53,921 bases of DNA. Origin: Candidatus Onthovivens merdipullorum. GTDB lineage: Bacteria > Bacillota_I > Bacilli_A > RFN20 > CAG-826. How positions within the stretch are numbered: the first letter of the stretch is position 1; each line of letters begins with the position of its first letter. The stretch is taken from NCBI GenBank assembly GCA_017694345.1, contig JADIMY010000013.1:1-53921 (forward strand), written 5' to 3'. A model generated the notes under the pieces. It made no database searches, was not told the DNA's origin, and worked only from the letters and a program-made list of their open reading frames with translations. Positions 31,637 to 42,477 of this stretch are shown piece after piece. Position numbers and translations under genes: made by a program.

Positions 31637-33226
31637 ATGAAATTAAATAAACATTTTACAGTTGCATTAGCCTCATCTTTTTTAACTATAAGTGCATTAA
31701 GTTTAGCAAATTGTGGTGGAAATACTGGAAATAATGGTACTGATGATATTCTTAGTATTGATACACTTACTAACGACATCGAATACGATGAAAATAATGA
31801 AGTTATTTTTCCAGGTGTATCTTTGGATGTTTGGACAATCATTGGTGATCCAGATTTAAGTACATTTAAAGGACTGATTGATGATTTTAATATGGAATAT
31901 CGTGGGCAAATCCATATTAATTTAAGAAACATTGGTCACTATGATTTCTATGGTAGCTTAGAAAACACCTGGGCATACGAACCAGAAAATGCTCCAGATG
32001 TTTTAATTATGCATAATGAAAAAACAGCCGAATATGCAGCTAGAGGTTATATGTATCCTCTTGATACATTAATGGAAGAATTTGATTGGAACAAAATTGA
32101 TTTTTCTAATGTTTATGAAAACATTGATAGATCTCAATTTTATAGTAATCATCGTTTTGGGATTCCAATTGATGGACATGGTTTTATAATGAATATTAGA
32201 CAAGATATTATTAAGAAAAACGGATTAGGCTTTGATAATAATACCCGTTTTGTTCCAAAAACTAGAGAAGAATTCCAATCTTTACTTGAAGCTTTAAGAG
32301 AAAAAGCTGATGCTGGAACACTACTTGTTAGAAATATTACTCGTGGTCAAGATCACTCTTGGAAAGTTGTTAATGGAGCAGAATTTTATCCTGAATTTCT
32401 TCAATCAACTGACCCTGATGGTTTAGGAGCACTTTATGCTAATGGTGGAAGTATGGCTGATGAAACCGGTAAAACTATCACTTTTGGTAAAAACAAAGGA
32501 TTTCAAACTTATCTTACTGATCAAGTTGAAAGATTTAATGAAAAATTAATGGGTGAAGCCGGAGTTAATACAGAAGCTTTTTCATCAGGTAAAACTATCT
32601 TCTTTAGTGAAGGACCTTGGTGGACCAGCTTAAACTACGATCCTAATATGAATAACTCTGAGCTTAGAACTGTTGGTAATGGTGTAACTCAAGAGGAAGT
32701 AAATGATCCGGTTTACGCATATCCTTTAACAGCTTCAAATACTGCAGGTTGGTGGACGCTTGAAGAAAATGAAGAAACTGAAAATGGTTCAAAATGGTAT
32801 GGAAATGGTCACGCTATATCTATTACTAGACATGTCACAAGTGCTACAACTGCTTTAGCTGCATTAGAATTTGCTAATTGGTTAACTCAAGGGACAAACG
32901 ATAAAGATGAATATTATTTAGCAGAATGGTCAGAAGCAGGACATGTTCCAGCTTGGAAAAATGTCTATGAAAGCGAACAGTATCAAGCTTTACTTGAGAA
33001 AGATTTAACATTAAGAGCATTAGGTGATCCTGCAAATATTATTTCAATGGAACCTTTACAATATGAAACAACTATTTTCAATGCTTTAGCAAATGCTGTT
33101 AGTAGTGTTCAATCTGGTTTAAAAGGTGGAAGTATTAAAACCACTGAACAAGCTTTAACTGCTTTAAAGGATGTTGTAAATAGTGCACAAGGTTCACTTG
33201 ATTTGCTTTCATCAGGAATTTTATAA
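31637..33226 (+). CDS. ABC transporter sugar-binding lipoprotein (extracellular solute-binding protein family 1)
   Basis: Lipobox LANC|G. The length and Trp/Gly-rich pattern fit oligosaccharide-binding proteins, and the gene sits directly upstream of two MalF/MalG-type permeases. The ORF track starts at 31622, but ATG 31637 is 8 nt after GGAGG. Confidence 0.8.
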   Translation: MKLNKHFTVALASSFLTISALSLANCGGNTGNNGTDDILSIDTLTNDIEYDENNEVIFPGVSLDVWTIIGDPDLSTFKGLIDDFNMEYRGQIHINLRNIGHYDFYGSLENTWAYEPENAPDVLIMHNEKTAEYAARGYMYPLDTLMEEFDWNKIDFSNVYENIDRSQFYSNHRFGIPIDGHGFIMNIRQDIIKKNGLGFDNNTRFVPKTREEFQSLLEALREKADAGTLLVRNITRGQDHSWKVVNGAEFYPEFLQSTDPDGLGALYANGGSMADETGKTITFGKNKGFQTYLTDQVERFNEKLMGEAGVNTEAFSSGKTIFFSEGPWWTSLNYDPNMNNSELRTVGNGVTQEEVNDPVYAYPLTASNTAGWWTLEENEETENGSKWYGNGHAISITRHVTSATTALAALEFANWLTQGTNDKDEYYLAEWSEAGHVPAWKNVYESEQYQALLEKDLTLRALGDPANIISMEPLQYETTIFNALANAVSSVQSGLKGGSIKTTEQALTALKDVVNSAQGSLDLLSSGIL

Positions 33227-33263
33227 TTTGTAATTTCTAATATAAAAAATAAAAATTTAATTT

Positions 33264-34337
33264 ATGGAAAAAGAAGTAATATTAGAAGAATACTCTAGGA
33301 AAAGATCTAAGGCTATAAGCTTATTTAAAAAATATGGCATTGTAGTTTTATTTCTTGCTCCTTTTATGATATGTTTCATCTTATTCTTTCTTTATCCATT
33401 CTTCTATGGAATTTGGATTTCTCTTACAAACTTTAAATTAGAGGCTCCTGGTGTCGAAACATGGAATGATTTTAGATGGTATAAATTTCTATTTGACAAA
33501 ACCTCACAACCACTATTATTTGAAAGTTTTTGGAGAGCTGTAGGTCACACGATTATTTTCTCGATCATAATGATACCATTAGCGGTATTGGTACCATTAT
33601 TTTTGGCAATTTTAATAAATTCTAAGCCTGTTGGTTATAAAGTATTTAGATGCTTAATTTACATGCCTAGCATTATACCTTTAACTGCTGCAGGATCTAT
33701 TTTCACTTTATTATTTTTACCAGAGCAAACTAGTGGTTTACTCGCTACTTTATTTCCAAATTTTGGGCCAAAGGAATGGTTTTTAGAAAGTATGTTTACT
33801 TTTAATATTGGTGATTTCACGGTCGATGTTGCTTGGGCGTGGATTCCTATTTTCTTAATGTGTTTCTGGGGTGGTTGGGGTAGTAATTTTATTATACTTA
33901 GTGCTGGATTACAAAATGTCCCAAAGTCACTTTATGAAGCCGCCGATATTGATGGTTGTTCTAAACTTAAAAAGACATTGAAAGTTACTATTCCTGGTAT
34001 TAAAGGCCAATTAGTACTTTGCTTATTTACGACAATTATTGGTTATTTAGGCTTATATGGACAAAACTATGTTTTAGTTACAGGTGGACCTATTAATCCT
34101 GCTTTAAGTAGTATGCCTGGTGGTGGTAAAACATCTACGATTATTTACTTTATTCAAGATATTGTTGCTAATAATACCAACTTTAAAGCAACGCTTTATG
34201 GTCTTGGTGCAGCAGCAAGTATTGTCTTTGCTATTATTGTTGGGATTATTTCAGGAATTCAAATGTATTGTACAAGAGATAGAAAGACTGGTAATAAGAT
34301 TTCGGAGGAATTTAAGTCATGGAAAGCGCTCAATTAG
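33264..34337 (+). CDS. Sugar ABC transporter permease (MalF/UgpA type)
   Basis: Multiple TM helices and the EAA loop SLYEAADIDGCSKLKKTLKVTIPGIK. Confidence 0.9.
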   Translation: MEKEVILEEYSRKRSKAISLFKKYGIVVLFLAPFMICFILFFLYPFFYGIWISLTNFKLEAPGVETWNDFRWYKFLFDKTSQPLLFESFWRAVGHTIIFSIIMIPLAVLVPLFLAILINSKPVGYKVFRCLIYMPSIIPLTAAGSIFTLLFLPEQTSGLLATLFPNFGPKEWFLESMFTFNIGDFTVDVAWAWIPIFLMCFWGGWGSNFIILSAGLQNVPKSLYEAADIDGCSKLKKTLKVTIPGIKGQLVLCLFTTIIGYLGLYGQNYVLVTGGPINPALSSMPGGGKTSTIIYFIQDIVANNTNFKATLYGLGAAASIVFAIIVGIISGIQMYCTRDRKTGNKISEEFKSWKALN

Positions 34338-35257
34338 TCGTCAATTTTGCTTTGCCTGAAAAGGAAAAAACTCGTAAAAAGTTTAAATTCCCTGTATTCA
34401 AAACAATTTCTTTTATTTTCTTATTAATCTTTTGTATACTTTGGATTTCACCATTTTTCATAATGTTTTTTGGTTCATTAAGAGGACATTATGATGCGCA
34501 ATATTTCCCTTCTGAATTATTTCCACCTCATAGTGGATTAACTCTTGAAAACTTTAAGATGTTACTATTAGGGGAATATCCAGATGATATTGTTCATAAT
34601 ACAACGACTTATCCTATATGGAATTGGTTTATAAATTCTTGTTTTAGTGCAATTGGTGGAACATTACTTTATTTAATTATTGCTTCCTTTACAGCTTATA
34701 CTTTTGTATTTGTCGATTTTAAATTTAGAAAATACATTTTTGCTTTTTTAATTGCCACGTTAGTTATTCCAGGAACGGCAACTAGTGTTGGTAATCAGTC
34801 TTTTGTTTACTCGATAGGACTGAATAACTCGATATTAGCACTGATTATCCCTGGGTTAGGTGGTGTTTATGGAATGTATTTAATTAAAACTTTTTTCGAA
34901 AGCATTCCAAAGGATTTAGTAGAATCAGCTAAAATGGATGGTTGCTCAAATATTTCTATTTTTGCAAAAATTGTATTTCCATTAGGAAAAACTGCGATTT
35001 ATGTTCAAGGCTTATTTGGCTTTATGGGTGGCTGGAATGATCTTGTTTGGCCACAAATGTTATTTGGAGCAAAGGACAACCATTTATGGACATTACAAGT
35101 TGGTATGGCATATATCATTAATAACTCTAAAACAGCTGATTTAATTGGTACGGCTTTAGCTAGTGGTGTTATTTGTTTTCTTCCTGTTCTAGTTGTTTAT
35201 TTAATTGCTCAAAATAAGATTATTGAAGGAATGGCTACTGCTGGAATTAAGAGGTAA
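34319..35257 (+). CDS. Sugar ABC transporter permease (MalG/UgpE type)
   Basis: TM helices and the EAA loop LVESAKMDGCSNISIFAKIVFPLGK. The gene overlaps the upstream permease by 19 nt. Confidence 0.9.
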   Translation: MESAQLVVNFALPEKEKTRKKFKFPVFKTISFIFLLIFCILWISPFFIMFFGSLRGHYDAQYFPSELFPPHSGLTLENFKMLLLGEYPDDIVHNTTTYPIWNWFINSCFSAIGGTLLYLIIASFTAYTFVFVDFKFRKYIFAFLIATLVIPGTATSVGNQSFVYSIGLNNSILALIIPGLGGVYGMYLIKTFFESIPKDLVESAKMDGCSNISIFAKIVFPLGKTAIYVQGLFGFMGGWNDLVWPQMLFGAKDNHLWTLQVGMAYIINNSKTADLIGTALASGVICFLPVLVVYLIAQNKIIEGMATAGIKR

Positions 35258-35263
35258 TTAATT

Positions 35264-37012
35264 ATGCGTAATGAATATCCTAGACCAGATTTTGTTAGAG
35301 ATAGCTTTGTTAGTTTAGATAAAGAATGGGATTTTGATTTTGATGATAAAAATCTTGGTCATAAAGAGAAATGGTTTATTAATCATAAATTTACTAAAGC
35401 AATAAATGTTCCTTTCTGCTTTCAAAGTAAACTAAGTGGAATTAATGATAAATCATTTCACGACCATATTTGGTATCAAACAGAAATAAAGGTTAGAACT
35501 TTAAAAGAAGACGAAAGAGTAATCCTATATTTTTTAGGTGTTGACTATTATTCTGAAACTTATATCAATGGTTTTAGAGTAAAAGATAACTATGGAGCTA
35601 ATGTTGGTTTTGAAATAGATATAACTGACTATTTAATTGATGATAAAGCTAAAATTACAATTTATGTTAATGATCCTAGTGAAGATAGATTAATTCCTAG
35701 GGGAAAACAAGATTGGGAAAAAGAATCTCATACTATTTTTTATACAAGAACTAGTGGAATATATAAACCAGTTTATTATCAGATTGTTAATAAAAGGCAT
35801 ATTAAAAATTTCTTTTATACAACTAGTTTAAAAGATAATTCTATTAACTTAACTTTATTAAATACTAATAATGATGGTTATTTAAAGTTTAAAATTACAG
35901 ATAAAAATGATTGTTCTTATGAATATATTTACAATATTCATAAGTATATTGAAAGATTTACTATTAATTTACCAAATGATTTTGTAAATGACCGTATTTG
36001 GAGAGTTGAATATCCTTATTTGTTCAATATTGAACTAAGTTTATTTGATGAAAATATGAATCTTAAAGATATAGTTAAAAGCTATTTAGGGTTTAGAGAT
36101 ATATCTATAAGTAATGGAAAAGTTTATTTAAATGAACACGAAATTTATCAAAAACTAGTTTTATTTCAAGGTTATTATGAAGATGGAATATTAACCCCTA
36201 AATCTATTGATGTTATGGAAAACGATATCAAGATGATGAAAGAACTTGGTTTTAATGGGTGTCGAATTCATCAAAAAACAGCTGATCCATATTTTCTTTA
36301 TTTATGTGATAAATTAGGTTTCTATGTTTGGCAAGAGTGTGCTGCAAATTATGGTTATTCTTTACTTAGTCCTGAAAGACAAATAAATGAATGGATTAAG
36401 ATTATTAAATTTAATTATAATCATCCTTCAATTATTGCCTATACTCCGTTAAATGAATCGTGGGGAGTAGAAGGCATACCACAAGATGAAAAAATTAAAG
36501 CCCATGCAATGTCTTTATATTATTTAATTAAATCGTTGGATGATAGTAGACTTGTAATTTCTAATGACGGATGGGAACATTGTAAAACTGATTTATTGAC
36601 TATTCATAATTATTCTCACGGTAATAAAGATGAAATAGAAAAATACAAAAAGTTTGAAAAAACCCTTTCAAACCGCGATGAAATTTTAAAATTTGAGGGG
36701 ATTGGAAGATTTATTATTAATCCAGGATTTATAGATGAAGGTCAACCGATTCTTTTAACAGAGTTTGGTGGAGTTGCTTTAAATAATAAGGAAAACGAAA
36801 AAGATTGGGGATATACAACTTCAAAAAACGAAAAAGAATTTATTGAAGATTTAAAAAGAATCTATAAAGCAATTAAAGAATCTAATTGCATAGTCGGTTA
36901 CTGTTATACTCAATTTAATGATGTTGAACAAGAGGTTAATGGATTAGTTACTTACGATAGAAAATATAAGGTTAATCCAAAATTAATTAAAGAAATTAAT
37001 GATTCGATTTAA
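35264..37012 (+). CDS. Cytoplasmic GH2-family glycoside hydrolase (beta-galactosidase / beta-glucuronidase type)
   Basis: The N-terminus NEYPRPDFVRDSFVSLDKEWDFDFDD is typical of Firmicute GH2 proteins. NGCRIHQKTADPYFLYLCDKLGFYVWQE, and the acid/base region YTPLNESWG. No signal peptide. Confidence 0.75.
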   Translation: MRNEYPRPDFVRDSFVSLDKEWDFDFDDKNLGHKEKWFINHKFTKAINVPFCFQSKLSGINDKSFHDHIWYQTEIKVRTLKEDERVILYFLGVDYYSETYINGFRVKDNYGANVGFEIDITDYLIDDKAKITIYVNDPSEDRLIPRGKQDWEKESHTIFYTRTSGIYKPVYYQIVNKRHIKNFFYTTSLKDNSINLTLLNTNNDGYLKFKITDKNDCSYEYIYNIHKYIERFTINLPNDFVNDRIWRVEYPYLFNIELSLFDENMNLKDIVKSYLGFRDISISNGKVYLNEHEIYQKLVLFQGYYEDGILTPKSIDVMENDIKMMKELGFNGCRIHQKTADPYFLYLCDKLGFYVWQECAANYGYSLLSPERQINEWIKIIKFNYNHPSIIAYTPLNESWGVEGIPQDEKIKAHAMSLYYLIKSLDDSRLVISNDGWEHCKTDLLTIHNYSHGNKDEIEKYKKFEKTLSNRDEILKFEGIGRFIINPGFIDEGQPILLTEFGGVALNNKENEKDWGYTTSKNEKEFIEDLKRIYKAIKESNCIVGYCYTQFNDVEQEVNGLVTYDRKYKVNPKLIKEINDSI

Positions 37013-37022
37013 GGAGTTAACT

Positions 37023-39137
37023 ATGGAAAATGAAAATAAAGAAGTCCTTGATGGCAAAATGTTAGTCACTAAAAAAGAAGCTAAAAAACTACTAAAAGAA
37101 CACGAATATAAAATTGCTAATAACGATATTGATGCTTTTGTTAGTTTACAAGGAATTAATAAAATTTATCCAAATGGCGTTCAAGCTGTTTACGATTTTA
37201 ATTTAGATATTCAAAAACATGATTTTATTGTTCTTGTTGGACCTAGTGGTTGTGGTAAATCGACAACTTTAAGAATGGTTGCTGGTCTAGAAGACATAAG
37301 TAGTGGATATCTATATATAGATAAGATTTTATCCAACTATTTAGAACCTAAAAATCGTGATATTTCGATGGTCTTCCAAAGTTATGCTCTTTATCCTCAA
37401 ATGACAGTTTACGATAATATTGCTTTTCCTTTAAAAGTTAGAAAATATACAAAAAGAAAAGTAGATTATAAATTATTGAATAATAATGCTGTTATTGATA
37501 TTTTAAATAGTGATAGATTAAAGGATTTAGAAGAAGCTTTTATTGAAGCTAAAAATAAGGAAAAAAATAAAGGCACAGTTTATGCTTATGTAGCAACTAA
37601 AATGAAAATTTTGGAAGCTGTTCCTAAATTTTTCTTAAAAAAGCATTTATTAAAAGCAGAAGAAATTTTAAATTCAAAAGAAGCACTAATTAATGAATTA
37701 AATGAATCAAACAAAAAAGAAGAAGAAATTTTAGCTAACAAAAATCTTAAACATAATGATAAATTTGAATTATTTAACGAAAAAGATGAACCACTTTTTG
37801 AAAAAGTTAAATTAACAAAAGAAGAGATTAAAAACAAGGTCTTCCACGCAGCAGATATTCTAGATCTTGGACCTTATTTAGATAGAAGGCCAAAAGAACT
37901 TAGTGGTGGGCAAATGCAAAGAGTTGCTTTAGGTAGAGCTATTGTTAGAAATGCTAAGTTATTCTTAATGGATGAACCTTTAAGCAACCTTGATGCCAAA
38001 CTTCGTGTTCAAATGCGTAGCGAAATTGTTCGACTTCACGAGCGTATTGGAGCAACGACTATTTATGTTACTCACGATCAGACTGAAGCTATGACAATGG
38101 CTACTAAGATTGTTGTTATGTCAAAAGGATGGGTACAACAAGTTGGTATTCCTCAAGATGTATATGACCATCCTAAAAACTTATTCGTTGCAACATTTAT
38201 TGGTTCTCCAGCGATGAATATTATCGATGCTGAATTACATAAAAACGTTCTTCGTTTTAAAAATGGATATGAAGTAAAATTAGCCGATGATTTTGATGAA
38301 ATTCGAACAAAATTTTACGAAAGAAAAATTCATGAATGTGAAAGACTTTTAAAAGGCATCGATCATACTTTAGAAGACGAAGCATTACCTATTTTAAATG
38401 AAGTTATTGAACTTAATAATTCCGAAAATAAAGATGTTCAAGAAATGCTAAATAAACTTACTAAAGTAAAAGAAATCGCTTTAAATATCCATAAAGAAAA
38501 AACTGAGAATATGCTTAAAGCAATTGATCAAGCTATAAATATAGTTAGTGATACTAATTATAATAAAGAAAATGTAACTAAAGCTTTAGAAATTGTTATG
38601 AAATTCTTAGAATTCCGTGAACAAATTAAAGCAAGTGATATAGCTAGATTACATAGTGCTCAAATTTACAACAAGGCTAATGATAAAAAAGAAGTGTTGT
38701 CTTATGCAAAAAGAAAGCACGAGTTTTTCTGGAACAAAATGATTAATAAATATAAAGCTAAACATAATCCTATAAAGGTGATGAATGAATATGTTGCTGG
38801 CGCTGAAGATTATATTAAGGATTTACTTAACAAATTTAAAGAATCTTTAATCAACACACACCAGGTAAAAGTAGGTATTCGTCCTGAGAATATTCATTTA
38901 GATAGCGAGTATAATAAGCCAAATAAAGCATTACCTTTAAAAGTGAATGTAGATGTTATTGAAAGAATGGGTAGTGAAATCTTATTGCATTGTGATTGGA
39001 ATGATTTAGATTTAGTTGCTAAAATTGAAAGTTCGTCTAATGTTAATGCCCACGAAACAATATACTTAACTTTCAATATTGAAAGATTACATATTTTTGA
39101 TGTTTTAAGTGGAGAAACAATTTCTAATAAAATATGA
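37023..39137 (+). CDS. Sugar ABC transporter ATP-binding protein (MsmK/MalK/UgpC type) with two large lineage-specific insertions
   Basis: Walker A GPSGCGKST, signature LSGGQMQRVALGRA, Walker B LFLMDEPLSNLD, H-loop YVTHDQ and C-terminal VGIRPENIHL. ATG 37023 lies 6 nt after AAGGAG; the ORF-track start at 36999 overlaps the GH2 stop. Confidence 0.85.
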   Translation: MENENKEVLDGKMLVTKKEAKKLLKEHEYKIANNDIDAFVSLQGINKIYPNGVQAVYDFNLDIQKHDFIVLVGPSGCGKSTTLRMVAGLEDISSGYLYIDKILSNYLEPKNRDISMVFQSYALYPQMTVYDNIAFPLKVRKYTKRKVDYKLLNNNAVIDILNSDRLKDLEEAFIEAKNKEKNKGTVYAYVATKMKILEAVPKFFLKKHLLKAEEILNSKEALINELNESNKKEEEILANKNLKHNDKFELFNEKDEPLFEKVKLTKEEIKNKVFHAADILDLGPYLDRRPKELSGGQMQRVALGRAIVRNAKLFLMDEPLSNLDAKLRVQMRSEIVRLHERIGATTIYVTHDQTEAMTMATKIVVMSKGWVQQVGIPQDVYDHPKNLFVATFIGSPAMNIIDAELHKNVLRFKNGYEVKLADDFDEIRTKFYERKIHECERLLKGIDHTLEDEALPILNEVIELNNSENKDVQEMLNKLTKVKEIALNIHKEKTENMLKAIDQAINIVSDTNYNKENVTKALEIVMKFLEFREQIKASDIARLHSAQIYNKANDKKEVLSYAKRKHEFFWNKMINKYKAKHNPIKVMNEYVAGAEDYIKDLLNKFKESLINTHQVKVGIRPENIHLDSEYNKPNKALPLKVNVDVIERMGSEILLHCDWNDLDLVAKIESSSNVNAHETIYLTFNIERLHIFDVLSGETISNKI

Positions 39138-41338
39138 GGGATTTGCAAGGTTTTTATCAAAATAAGATATATAACGAAAATGTAGAATCATTAGGTGGTT
39201 TTGCAGACCCTTTTATTTTGCGCTATGAAGGAAGTTATTATTTATATGTAACTGCTAGTCATGGAGTTAAATGTTTTTGTAGTAAAGATTTATATACTTT
39301 TTTACCTATTGAGAATAAAAAAAATAAAGAAAATTATTGTTTATACGATGAAAGTTTTAATTCTTTTTATGCTCCTGAAGTAATTTATTATGACGGTTAT
39401 TTTTATTTAATTTCTTCGCCAGACGGTAATGGACATTATGTGTTTAAAGCGAGTAGTCCAGTTGGACCTTTCAATAGAATAACCGAAAATATACATGAGT
39501 CTATTGATGGATCTTTTTTTATAGACACCAATGAAGAAATTTACCTTAGTAGAGCTAGCGAAACTGGTATTTGTTCAGCAAAATTTAAAAATGATTTTAA
39601 AGGTATTAAAGGAGATAATATTCTTGATAATAAAATTTATTTTAAAGACGCGCGAACTAGTAATTGGACTGAAGGACCTTATATATTAAAACGATACAAT
39701 AAATACTATTTAACATATTGCGGAACTCATTTTCTTAGCGACGCTTATAGAATTAGGTATTCAATTGGCAATGATTTAAATAAAGAAGATTCTTTTAAGG
39801 ACCAAGGAATTTTAGCCATTTCGACAAATGATGAATTCTACGGAATTGGTCATTCAATGAATTTTCTTGCACCGAATTTGGATAGCTATTTGATTTGCTA
39901 TCATAATATGATTAATAAAAACACTGGTTTAAGAGGACTAAATATATCTCGACTTTTGTTTTCTAATTCTTTAATGACTATTAATGATTTTTCTAAAGAC
40001 TTACATCCAAAGTTCGAACATCCTTTACTAGAAAAAGATAATATTTTTGTAAATTATCCTTTTAAGCTAATAGATAATTTTGATTTTAATAGCTTTACAG
40101 TTGAATATTATTTTATTGGTAATAACAAAGTTTATATAAATTATATTGATGACAAAAATTATTTATTGGTAGAGGTAGATAATGAATTAAATATTTATCT
40201 TAAAGAAATTAAAGAGAGCAAAGAATTAGTTATAAACACTATCAAGTTAAATAAAAGATATAATAATAAAGTAAAGCATTCTATTAGACTTCAATACTTT
40301 CAAAATCGATTTGCAGTTTATTTTGACAATATTGAAAAAGATATATTTAGCTATGACATAAAAATGAATAGATCTTCTTTGTATGTTGAAGGTACGTTTA
40401 CTTATTTTGCTTTATCTAAATACGCTTTTGGCAATAGCGATAATGAAGAAATTAAATTAAATAAAGTATTTTCATTAAATTATGACTTAAGCAATAGTAA
40501 ATATAATAGGAAAAGCGATAATTCAAATGAACTATTTTTAAAGAAAAATGATTATATTTCTTATTTTATATATAAAGAAGAAGAGGGTGAATATTATTTT
40601 GATATTTATTTAAATAGAATTTATGGAGAAAATCAATTAAATATAATAGTAAATGATAAAATCTACAGCTTTGAGTTAAATAAAAATGATTGTAGGTCGT
40701 TAGTTAATTTAGGATTGATTAAATTAAAAGAAGGTATTAATAAAATAGAAATAATAAATAGTTATGGATTTAGTTTCACTTACTTTGAAACACCAAGGGC
40801 AAAAGTAGTTAAGCGAAAAGAGCTTAATTTAGACTTAAATAAGTTATATCAAGATGAATTCGAATATTTTAAAGAACCAATTATTACTAAAGATGGTTAT
40901 TATTATGAAAACGATCGAAATATTATTTTAAGTAAAGACGAATATGAAAATTTTAAAGTATCGATTGATATTGAAACTATAGGTCAAGCTATTGATATCA
41001 ACAATAATGCAGGATTGAATGTATTAGTTTCGAATTATTCAAAAAGCAACGAATTTGAAAAAATATTTAGTTTCTGCGGGATTTTCTTTGGATTTAATAA
41101 GAATTTTATTTATATCATAGAAGCAAATTTTGATAAAAATAAGATTTTATACAGAATTAAAAATAATGTAAATAAGCATAAACTCTCTATATTAAAATAT
41201 AAAAATAAGATTGAATTTTTTGTTGATAATCAAAGCATTTATCAAAAACATTTAAAGAAAATGCTAAGAGGAAAAGTTGGTCTATATATGAATCACGAAT
41301 CGTGTTTGTTTAAGAAAATTAGTTTATCGGAGGAGTAG
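39134..41338 (+). CDS. Cytoplasmic GH43-type glycoside hydrolase with C-terminal beta-sandwich / LamG-like modules
   Basis: No signal peptide. Motifs: FADPFILRYEGSYYLYVTAS, YAPEVIYYDGYFYLISSP, IDGSFFIDTNEEIYL and WTEGPYILKRYNKYYLTYCG. It is paralogous to 44136. Confidence 0.75.
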   Translation: MRDLQGFYQNKIYNENVESLGGFADPFILRYEGSYYLYVTASHGVKCFCSKDLYTFLPIENKKNKENYCLYDESFNSFYAPEVIYYDGYFYLISSPDGNGHYVFKASSPVGPFNRITENIHESIDGSFFIDTNEEIYLSRASETGICSAKFKNDFKGIKGDNILDNKIYFKDARTSNWTEGPYILKRYNKYYLTYCGTHFLSDAYRIRYSIGNDLNKEDSFKDQGILAISTNDEFYGIGHSMNFLAPNLDSYLICYHNMINKNTGLRGLNISRLLFSNSLMTINDFSKDLHPKFEHPLLEKDNIFVNYPFKLIDNFDFNSFTVEYYFIGNNKVYINYIDDKNYLLVEVDNELNIYLKEIKESKELVINTIKLNKRYNNKVKHSIRLQYFQNRFAVYFDNIEKDIFSYDIKMNRSSLYVEGTFTYFALSKYAFGNSDNEEIKLNKVFSLNYDLSNSKYNRKSDNSNELFLKKNDYISYFIYKEEEGEYYFDIYLNRIYGENQLNIIVNDKIYSFELNKNDCRSLVNLGLIKLKEGINKIEIINSYGFSFTYFETPRAKVVKRKELNLDLNKLYQDEFEYFKEPIITKDGYYYENDRNIILSKDEYENFKVSIDIETIGQAIDINNNAGLNVLVSNYSKSNEFEKIFSFCGIFFGFNKNFIYIIEANFDKNKILYRIKNNVNKHKLSILKYKNKIEFFVDNQSIYQKHLKKMLRGKVGLYMNHESCLFKKISLSEE

Positions 41339-41346
41339 TTAATAGT

Positions 41347-42477
41347 ATGAATAGATTAGTTTCAATTTTAGGAATTACTTTATTATCGAGCGGTTTAATT
41401 TGTTCTTGTTCAAAAACACCAGGCGAAATAACTGATAATAAAACATATACAAACGAATATTACACTAATATGTTAATTCCAAAAACAGAATCAGGTGGAC
41501 AATATATGGAAGAAACACCTGATCCATCAATTGTTAAAGGAGATGATGGTTATTACTATATCTTTACGACAGGGAATGGTGGTGGAAAGTGTTTTAGGAG
41601 TACAGACTGTGTTAATTGGAAACTTTATTTAAACAGTGTGATTGCTAGACCAACTTGGGGAGATAATGGAGGCGCACAACCTTCAGTTTGGGCACCAGAT
41701 GCTTATAAAGTTGGCGATACTTGGATTTATTATTATTCATTAAGCGGATGGGGAAATGCCATTGGTGTAGGTTATGCAACTTCATCTTCAATAGCTGGTC
41801 CTTGGGAGGATCAAGGGAAATTGTTTACTTGCCAAGAAATAGGTGTTGATAATGCAATCGATCCATGTATTATCGAAGATAATGGGCACCTTTATATGGT
41901 TTTTGGAAGTTTCCAAGGATGTGCATTAGTTGAACTTAGTGAAGATGGAATGTCTTTAAAAGGCGGGGCAGCTATTCAGAATAAAGAAAAAGTTTTATTA
42001 GCCGGTGTATATGGACCTTGGAATGGTTCAGCATACGAAGGTAGCTATATAGTAAAAAAAGATGATTACTTTTATTGTTTTGGTTCACAAGGAACTTGCT
42101 GTGAAGGAAAAAATTCAACTTATAAAGTAGTAGTTGGTAGAAGTAAAGATGTTAAGGGTCCTTATGTTGATGATAAAAATAGACCTTTAGGTGGGACATT
42201 AGGAAATGGGAAACTTGTCGTTTGGGCTTCTATGAATAATGAAAATATTGCTGGTCCTGGACATAATTCTGTCTTAATCGATGACAAAGGCGATTATTGG
42301 TTAATTTATCATGCTTATTGTAAAAGAGATAACTTCCAAGTAAGACATTTATTTATGGATAAAATACTTTGGGATGAACAAGGATGGCCTTATATTGAAG
42401 GATATCAACCAAGTTATGGAGAGGAATTACTTGGACCTTCTTTTGAAGTGAAGGAGAATACTAATGAAACTAAATAG
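41347..42477 (+). CDS. Lipoprotein GH43 glycoside hydrolase, endo-arabinanase-like
   Basis: Lipobox LICSC|S. Motifs: PDPSIVKGDDGYYYIFTTG, VWAPDAYKVGDTWIYYYS, AIDPCIIEDNGHLYMVFGSF, YEGSYIVKKDDYFYCFGSQGTCCEG and VGRSKDVKGPYVD. Confidence 0.8.
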   Translation: MNRLVSILGITLLSSGLICSCSKTPGEITDNKTYTNEYYTNMLIPKTESGGQYMEETPDPSIVKGDDGYYYIFTTGNGGGKCFRSTDCVNWKLYLNSVIARPTWGDNGGAQPSVWAPDAYKVGDTWIYYYSLSGWGNAIGVGYATSSSIAGPWEDQGKLFTCQEIGVDNAIDPCIIEDNGHLYMVFGSFQGCALVELSEDGMSLKGGAAIQNKEKVLLAGVYGPWNGSAYEGSYIVKKDDYFYCFGSQGTCCEGKNSTYKVVVGRSKDVKGPYVDDKNRPLGGTLGNGKLVVWASMNNENIAGPGHNSVLIDDKGDYWLIYHAYCKRDNFQVRHLFMDKILWDEQGWPYIEGYQPSYGEELLGPSFEVKENTNETK

